Positions 21,671 through 64,000 of a stretch of DNA of 64,000 bases are shown piece by piece. Where the stretch lies: positions 6,772-70,771 of the forward strand of contig CAVNZM010000019.1 in the NCBI GenBank assembly GCA_963693365.1, read 5' to 3'. The stretch is from Amoebidium appalachense (Eukaryota; Protista; Ichthyosporea). Every line of letters starts with the position of its first letter. Positions within the stretch are counted from its first letter, which is position 1. Below the pieces are notes generated by a model that was not told the origin of the DNA, searched no databases, and worked only from the letters and a program-made list of their open reading frames with translations. Both the position numbers and the translations under genes were made by a program.

Positions 21671-21883
21671 GTTGTATCGTCACTATGTGCTGTCACGGTA
21701 GCTGCGTACGTATTTGATAATGATAAGGGGGGGTTGATGGACGGTTTTAAGCTAGCCCCAACCCGCACACTACTGAGCTCTAGTGTGTCTACTTACTTCG
21801 GCAGTGTTGCCAGCTAAGTGTTGTTGTTGACGGCACAAGAGCCCCCCTACCATATATACCCTGGCTGCTGTAACCACTACGTT
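21671..21883 (-). repeat. About 200-bp promoter-like repeat; inverted copy at 25878-26075
   Basis: Reverse-complement match with scattered mismatches. Both copies contain GGGTATATA followed about 60 nt later by a GTAAGT donor. Confidence 0.9.
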
Positions 21884-21955
21884 GGTACCCAGCCAATCAG
21901 CTCAGCTCACTTAGTCTAGTCTACCAATAGACAATAGAGGTTCAACTATCCAATC
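21797..21955 (-). promoter_or_regulatory. Putative Pol II promoter and 5' non-coding exon
   Basis: Three CCAAT motifs (about 21893, 21924, 21950), TATATA at about 21853-21858, donor GTAAGT at 21796. Confidence 0.5.
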
Positions 21956-22859
21956 CAAATACAGATCTCTCATCTATCCCCATAGAATCGATCCTCCCCT
22001 TTTCTCACCCCCCGTACCCGCATATAATCCGCACCAATGTGCGAAATCTGGGGGTAATCGGCAGGTAAACTGGGCAGCACTTTTCGATCCGCAGGTTATC
22101 GGCGGTAGGGTAAAAACTAGACCAGCGCACGCGACACATTGGCAGCCACCTGCGATTATCGTGCGATAAAAGGCGGCCTCGTGCGCTACATACGCGACAG
22201 GCTTATGGCCCCATTATGTTCGGAATCGGACGATGGAATGTTGTACCGAAATTAGCCGACCAATCGAAAATGGATATTGTACAAAACGGGGGTTATGCCG
22301 AGGGCTGCCCTTGCCGACGAATGTGGCTGGTGTGCGTAATATTTTCTTTTGACTGGATTTATTCGACGTACTGAGAAGACAATAATTTATTATTCTGATA
22401 ATGGAAAAATTTGTAAAGTTTACAATTTCGATGTAGGGTTACGCAATCAAACGGTTGCCGAAAGAGCCACTGAGAGGCCTCGGGTGACCCCCTTCCACCC
22501 CTGCCAGTAGTCACGCTTTGAAGACAAAAGCCAAGCGTAATGCAGCGTGGATGCACACTAAGCAAGCAAATTGATAGTCCAGGAGTGTGTTACTCATATG
22601 AAGTCAGTCTCAGATACATGTCCTTTGACTGTTTCTCCTTATCCTTTAATTCCTTCTTGGTGTGTCACCAGGCTCCAGTCACACAGTGTCTGGCAACCGA
22701 AAGCATGCCCTTTGTTCACATTGTGTACAGATTAACAAGCGAAATATACATTTGGGGGGGCAGGGTGGAAGTGAATAAAACAATTGAATGCACCGAAAAC
22801 GTGTCCAAACCATTAATCAAAGCTGTGGATTAATGATAACAATAATGGTAACCACAAGG

Positions 22860-25800
22860 CTAATAATAACCATCCTCCTTCTGTTGCATACGCTACTGCA
22901 CCTGCTAAATTTCGGGCACTGTGAATCTTGATCATCGACGAAGCATATGAACCGCTGGAGCAGATGGATTTGTCTTCATATACATATTTAAACGAATTCC
23001 TTACAGCATACCGTCAACTTTTCATAACACCCTTGCGTATTTCCCATGCATATGCATGCTATGCACATATTATTACAACCCTAGCGTATACAATCATCAA
23101 CGTAACCTTCGTACATGGAAAACCAAATTCCTGAAAACTCTTTCGTTCTGTGGAGATCAAAACGAGTCGACTAAGATTTATCAATGGCAGATAGCTCTCC
23201 ATAACTATCCACACGTTCGTGCAGCTGCTCAGGGTGAAACTTTAGCTAAGGTTATAGACACTAGCATTGCTCGTTATGAAATGGACGTCACTGCTAACGC
23301 CCGTCACTATGTTCCACTCGCCCGTGGTTCAAAACCTGCACAGACACCAGCTCCGGCCCAGGCTCCCTCTTCCAATGCTATAGATCCAGGTGATGTTGCT
23401 AGTTTTGGTTGCGGTGGGTGTGGTGGGTTTGGTGGGCGTGGGCGCGGGCGGGGGCGGGTGGGACGTGGAAGTCTTGGTGGTCGTGGAGGACTGCATGGCA
23501 CTAGAGAAAATGGTAGGATTACAAAGCCGCAAGACTAACAGATTAAGAAAAAGTACACAGGTTGTTGGGTGTGTGGTTCTGTAGAACATAAGGCTTATGC
23601 TTGCCCTAGCAGAAAAGGATTCAATGATGGGGTAGCAGGTGCTGGTTGTGGTAGCCAGGCAAAATAGGAATGCACGGGAGCTGATAGTAGGGCAGTTCCC
23701 GCTAGTGTCGATGGGCAGGTTGACAATAAAAGAAAGCATTCCTATGTTCAATCTCCCGACTCTACTCTCCCTTACGACTGCATGTATCATACACCACGCA
23801 AAGTGCATTGCATTGATGTTTCCCCCATTGTATCGCATGACATCGACCCACACATGTATGTTGATGTTCACATTGATAGCATGCATTACAAAACACTATG
23901 TGACAGTGGTGCTTCTCATTGTTAATAAGCGCAGCAGTATATAACCTATAGCACAAAGACGTGTTAACACTAAGACAAACAAACACACGTGTGGGCTCTG
24001 TTTAGGGTTTAGGGTTTTTTAATTATGATTATTTTCTTTTTTTTTTATCCCGTTTCACTCCCGGCGAGGCACTGCCTCCGGGGAGCTTACCGTCTTCCGC
24101 CTAGACACAGATCGTACTGTACAGCACACTCATAAGTCAGGATTCTGATTGACCCCAACTGGCACTATTTTTAGTTACGCCTTATCCCACGGTTCTAGCC
24201 GCAGCAACGCTAGTGGGGAAGTGAGCACAGCTCACTTTAACAACACCAGCCGGAAGCGACCCAGGACACATACACAAACATAAAGACTTGAAAGGGAAGA
24301 CCCCATGCCCAGGACGCTGACCCGAACCGTGGCCGGTGACTCGGATTGGTCTCCCACTTGAACGTTGGGCCGGAATGCCCAAGCGGCGCGCCGTCGACGT
24401 CAGAAGGCCGGTGCTGTTCATGACGTCATTGGCTTCTAGGGGGCGGCCAGACCGGTGGACCGTCGAGGCAGAACAAAAATCTGAAGTATCCAGGATCGAT
24501 CCTGCGACTTTGAGCTTGACACGCAGAGATCTTACCACTGCACTTCTGGGCTCTGTTAAACAAAATGATTCACTGAATGTGCTTGGCAAGTGTGTTATCC
24601 CTTTGTTCCTTGGAAATACAATGTATTACTGGCCATTTTTAGTATTAGAAAATGTTCAGCACGATGCAATACTTGAAGAAAGACTTTGCAAAACAGTATA
24701 TAAAAACCACTAACCATTAAAAACACTCACTAACCACGGTTGGGGGAGAGGATATTCCAGCACAGAATCTGATGGGTCCTTCTCCTTATTCATTGTGTGC
24801 TGTGACGGTGTCAGCAGAGCAAAAGGTGATTCCTGCGCATTCTGGTCGGAGACAATGGGCGTATATCAAAAATCCTCCAGCGCCCAGCACTATCGGTTAC
24901 TTCTGGCCAGCGGAGAATCCAGATAAGTCCCCCACCATACATTTTTCTTATGTATTGATGCCTCTTGTTTATGAGATCGAAAAGAATAACGCCATGCAGA
25001 TTATTGTTAATAACCACCATGATGTGGATGTCACTTTTCCTCGTGTGATCGGATGGTTCCAGCCTATAACATCTAAATACGAAACTATTTATTCTGTCGA
25101 GGTCGATAAAGATCACTTGGACAAATTAAGCAAACAGAAGATAGATGAAGCAAACGCGCTGACCACTGAAAATCCTGATAGGATAGCACGCGCTAAGGCA
25201 TTTTTTAGGAACACATACAGGGGTGCAAGAGAGAGAGCTCGCCAATCACTGTCTTGCATTCAAGGTGTGTGGGAGCGCACTTACCAGAATGTTAATACAA
25301 GTACCACTGAATCTGTCGTGCCTCAGTGGTGGTGAAGGAGTCCATGCTGTAGGTAGCTCGGGGGAGAGCATTGGCGATTAGCATGAAATTCCAAAGGGTA
25401 TAGGTGATACACAAAAGCAGACACCAACCCCCAGCGCTTCGATTCCGGCATGTTTCGATTGGTCATTGGTTCCCCCTAGAATGCACGTTAAGGTAGAAGA
25501 CTTACTTGAGAAACATGCTACCTGCTTCGTTTCAGGTGACCCAGATGAGTTTAGTCAGATAAAAGGCTTTGAGATAGAGATCGACACTGGAGACAGTCCA
25601 CCGGTGTATATAAAACAATGGCGTTTAGAACAAATCAAAGAGGAGGCGGCAAAGAAAATCGCAGAGAAAATGGTCAGGAAAGGACAAATAGAACCAACAC
25701 TGTCAGCATGGTGTCACCCAATTTTTCGGATAAAGAAATCCAATGGTGATTGGCAATTTATATCAGACCTACGAAAATTAATTCAGGTGACCGTGAAGAA

Positions 25801-25885
25801 ACAGTGGCCGATGCCCAACATCCAGGAATTAATAGATAAAATGGGTAGATGTACGGTGTTAGCCAAGACAGATTTGTCAACGTAG
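22860..25885 (+). mobile_element. Decayed Ty3/gypsy LTR retrotransposon (gag, protease, truncated RT)
   Basis: gag with RG repeats and CCHC knuckle CWVCGSVEHKAYAC (23563-23604, in frame after a premature TAA); protease C-half VLGKC..FLVLE..DAIL; RT N-terminus IDTGDSPPVY..IEPTLSAWCHP..WQFISDLRKL..WPMPNI..KTDL cut at about 25880. No direct LTRs seen. Confidence 0.9.
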
Positions 25886-26075
25886 TGGGTAGCAGCCAGG
25901 GTATATAAAGTAGGGGGGCTCTTGTGCCATCAACTACAACACTTAGCTGGCATCACTGCCGATGTAAGTAGACACACTAGAGCTCAGTAGTGTGCGGGTT
26001 GGGGCTAGCGTGAAGCCGTCCATCAACCCCCCTTCATCATTCTCAAATACATACGCAGCACATAGTGACGATAAA
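25878..26075 (+). repeat. Inverted copy of 21671-21883, starting where the gypsy RT is cut
   Basis: Direct comparison; TATATAAA at about 25902. Confidence 0.9.
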
Positions 26076-26666
26076 ACACACGTGTCTTCACTCTGGCAAA
26101 CTATATGTAGTATACAGTTACTAGCGGATAACAAACAGTTACCATATATAGCAGTTATGAGGCGGACTTAAAGGTCTTAGTTCGCCAATTGCAAGTCCTT
26201 ACGGGGCCTGGGGGACCCATTTTCAATCAACAGAGTGTTGTTTATTAGCCACTAGTTGAACACGTGCGCATGCACTGGCGTTAACCACTCGTGTTTTTCT
26301 TTCTTTCTAGTAATTCTGACTGTTTTCTGTTTCTTTAACCCCTCTTTTCCCCCCTTTTTTCTTTCCCCCTTTAAATATGGATTCTGAAACTTGCGGGGCA
26401 TGATAATGTACACGCACACATGCACTGGGAAAAAGCAATAATAATATGCATGAACATGTACAAGCACCGTGGAAAGCCCCCCTCCCCCCTCCCCCCCCCG
26501 CCCGCCCACACACACATGTACATGTACACACACACAAGCACACCGTGTATACCACCCCCCCCCCCCCCCCCTCCCCCCAACACACACACACACGTACACA
26601 CACACCGTGTATACCCCCCCCCCCCCCCCTCCCCCCAACACACACACACACAACCACACCGTGTAT

Positions 26667-26702
<36 letters not shown>

Positions 26703-26829
26703 CGGGTGATAGCTAAGACTTCAAGCTATATCGCTTTCTCCGCGGACGGCCTCTTTAACACACCCACACACACACACCCACAGAGAGAGAGAGAGAGGGA
26801 GGGAGAGAGGGATAGAGGGATAGAGGGAT

Positions 26830-26866
<37 letters not shown>

Positions 26867-27269
26867 TTGAGAGAGTGTGTGTGAGTAAGAGGGGGGAAGG
26901 GGGCGGGGCCGAGAGGAAAGAGGGAGGGATCTCGTACTCGTTTCAGGCTACACATTCTCTACATCATCCTTTTTATTACATTATTCTATAATACTAAAAT
27001 ACTACATTATATATCATGTTGGTGGAAACAACAGCACACAACGGCATACCAGTACCCAGCACCGTGGGTCTCAACGTGTGGGTTAGGGACCCTTAAGGAC
27101 ACTGTCGGCATTTATAAAAGCACTGCAGAACTCTTAAAGCAACATAAACAATGATCTCGACATAACATTGAATGATATAATTCTACTATGTTCCAATAAT
27201 TGCCGTAGCACTAGCAGCTCATGGAGAGGCTGCTTTAATAATCATGATGCTATATTTAGCAATTTAGCA

Positions 27270-62223
<34,954 letters not shown>

Positions 62224-63311
62224 CGCTGGTGTGTTCCCAGAACACAAAGGTGAACTCGAAGGTCGTTGGCGCGCCATCCTCACGTGACGTGGGCCAACTT
62301 TGGCAGACAGTAACATTAAATGGGCGCTAACGCCGTACTGTGAAAGTCACTGCGCACGACTGCAGTGTGTGCTCTCTTGGCAGGACTTTCCCACAAATAT
62401 ACCTTCCTCGATACTATAGTAGCACTGATCACCAGTCTGTATACACCAACGAGTGAGGCGAAGCTCGCCCGATATTGCGACTCGATCATTCGTCACTCGG
62501 ATCACGGTGCCACGAACGGGCAACGCTGCTGGTGTCAAATTCGTCACTCGGATCACGGTACCACGGAACGTGAGCTCGACTCAAGCTCTTTGGGTAACGC
62601 TGCTGCGCGGTGTCAAATTGTGTGGACGTGTAATACTAGTAGAAGAAGAGAGAAGTGCCTTGGTACCTTTGTAACTAACTTTTGGTAAAAAAAATGCATT
62701 GGCTATTTAACAAAAGACTTGCCCGGCCTGCCATTTTCATCGATAAGACAATAGTATCAATTTATCGTTGGCATGTGCCACCAATATTTCAGATATTGTA
62801 TTCGATGTCAAGCCTTCGATTGGATACAGGGATCAATGCCTAGCTAGTATTGGCTGTATTGCGTGTGAGTTTGTTTCCTCCCGATATTATATCTATTTTG
62901 TGTAAATATTTAGGTATAATCTGTTTCTATGACTCACGCTGCCGTTGCAATGCGCAAGAGATGTCTCACCGATCTTCGCAAAATCCTACTGGGCCCGCAT
63001 GGAAATATTTTTTTATTGAGTATCCCCCAAAACTTCCTACTGTGGGGCGAGCCGTATGTGTGCAACCATGCTCCCGGGAAAATGTGTGTGTAACAGTATT
63101 TAACTAGTAACTACGGAAAATGAAGCTCCGTTATACCAGAATACCCCTTTTTAGAGTAAATATATATTGATTTTTACTATATGTAGGACCACATGCATGC
63201 AGTCCTATGCCTGTAACGGAATTTTGCGTGGCCTAATTCTCGAAACTGGAAAATCGGAAATCCGCTGTTACACAGTGTATGTACTTTCCGTCGAATAAAT
63301 CCAGTCAAAAG

Positions 63312-63567
63312 AAGATGATTATGGCTTGGCGGTGTAATCGGTTTCTGGTGTCTCCTGCTCGTATGTGTAATATGTGTGGGGGGCGGTTTACTCGCGGCTG
63401 CATATCTATCAATAAATGCAACCTGTTAGCTAAACTAATGTATTAGAACCGGAGGTTATTGGCGGTTTTATTCTCTTTTCTTCCTCTCTTCCTCAATATA
63501 TCCGTTTTAAGATGACTATCCTAGATCACCTTGTTAATGCTACCACCTACTGAGGCGGTGTCTCCTT

Positions 63568-63603
<36 letters not shown>

Positions 63604-63908
63604 AACCGCCTGAGTAGATGTTAAAACGTCGCACGTGCGGCAACACGTCAGTACGTGTTAGTTATTAATGCTGCACAGTATGATATTGTGATCTGGTGCC
63701 TTAACTTTCTTTCGGAGCTACCGATGCTAGCCTCTGCTTACCCATAATATGTAATAAGGGTGTCATATACTACGATGGCGCTCATTGTTGCCTAGCATGT
63801 ACATATGTCACTGGCTGCATTTGATTGGCTGCATTGGAAAACGCAGTAGGCCGTCGAATGTGGCTGGGCCTCTGGCAGTGTCCACGCAATAAAAAGTGTG
63901 TAAACCCC
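63312..63908 (+). mobile_element. 5'-truncated 3' copy of the same LINE with a 13-bp TSD and an internal insertion of about 130 bp
   Basis: Reverse complement of about 5793-6253. TSD ccagtcaaaagaa at 63301-63313 and 63907-63919. Confidence 0.92.
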
Positions 63909-64000
63909 AGTCAAAAGAAAAAAAAATACACATATACGACTCGCCCCACACACATGAGTGTTGGGGGATCCAATATGATAAAAAATGCATATGACATGTG

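Noticed and set aside
21671-26075. DIRS element suggested by the inverted termini
   Set aside because: Protease and RT motifs are Ty3/gypsy type and no tyrosine recombinase is visible.

Overview
Eukaryotic, intron-rich genomic DNA whose introns are full of (CA)n/(GA)n microsatellites, poly-G/C tracts and short tandem duplications. Most ORF-track entries are translated simple repeats. Manual splicing recovers a cluster of minus-strand secreted modular-protein genes. Gene A (27270-62223; 46 exons, about 3,170 aa, phases consistent at every junction) reads: signal peptide, 3 WSC, EGF-like, 9 PAN/Apple alternating with odd-cysteine spacers, bacterial-type H-lectin-like repeats, PA14-like and Ig-like modules, VWD (GDPH), EGFs, SdrD-B-like, Thr-rich stalk, and an unrecognised C-terminal domain. 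Gene B (13379-20939; signal peptide, 3 PAN, EGFs, Thr-rich) ends in the same domain. A near-identical, frameshifted copy of its 5' part (B') runs off the left edge. Mobile DNA: an APE-RT LINE (5792-10210) plus two fragments, a decayed Ty3/gypsy element framed by an inverted promoter-like repeat, TTAA-bounded inverted-repeat elements, and four 5'-truncated copies of a short element always found inside poly-G tracts. That last family is the most unusual signal: a candidate G-tract-primed, possibly Penelope-like retroelement. Domain names come from motif recognition by eye, not database searches.
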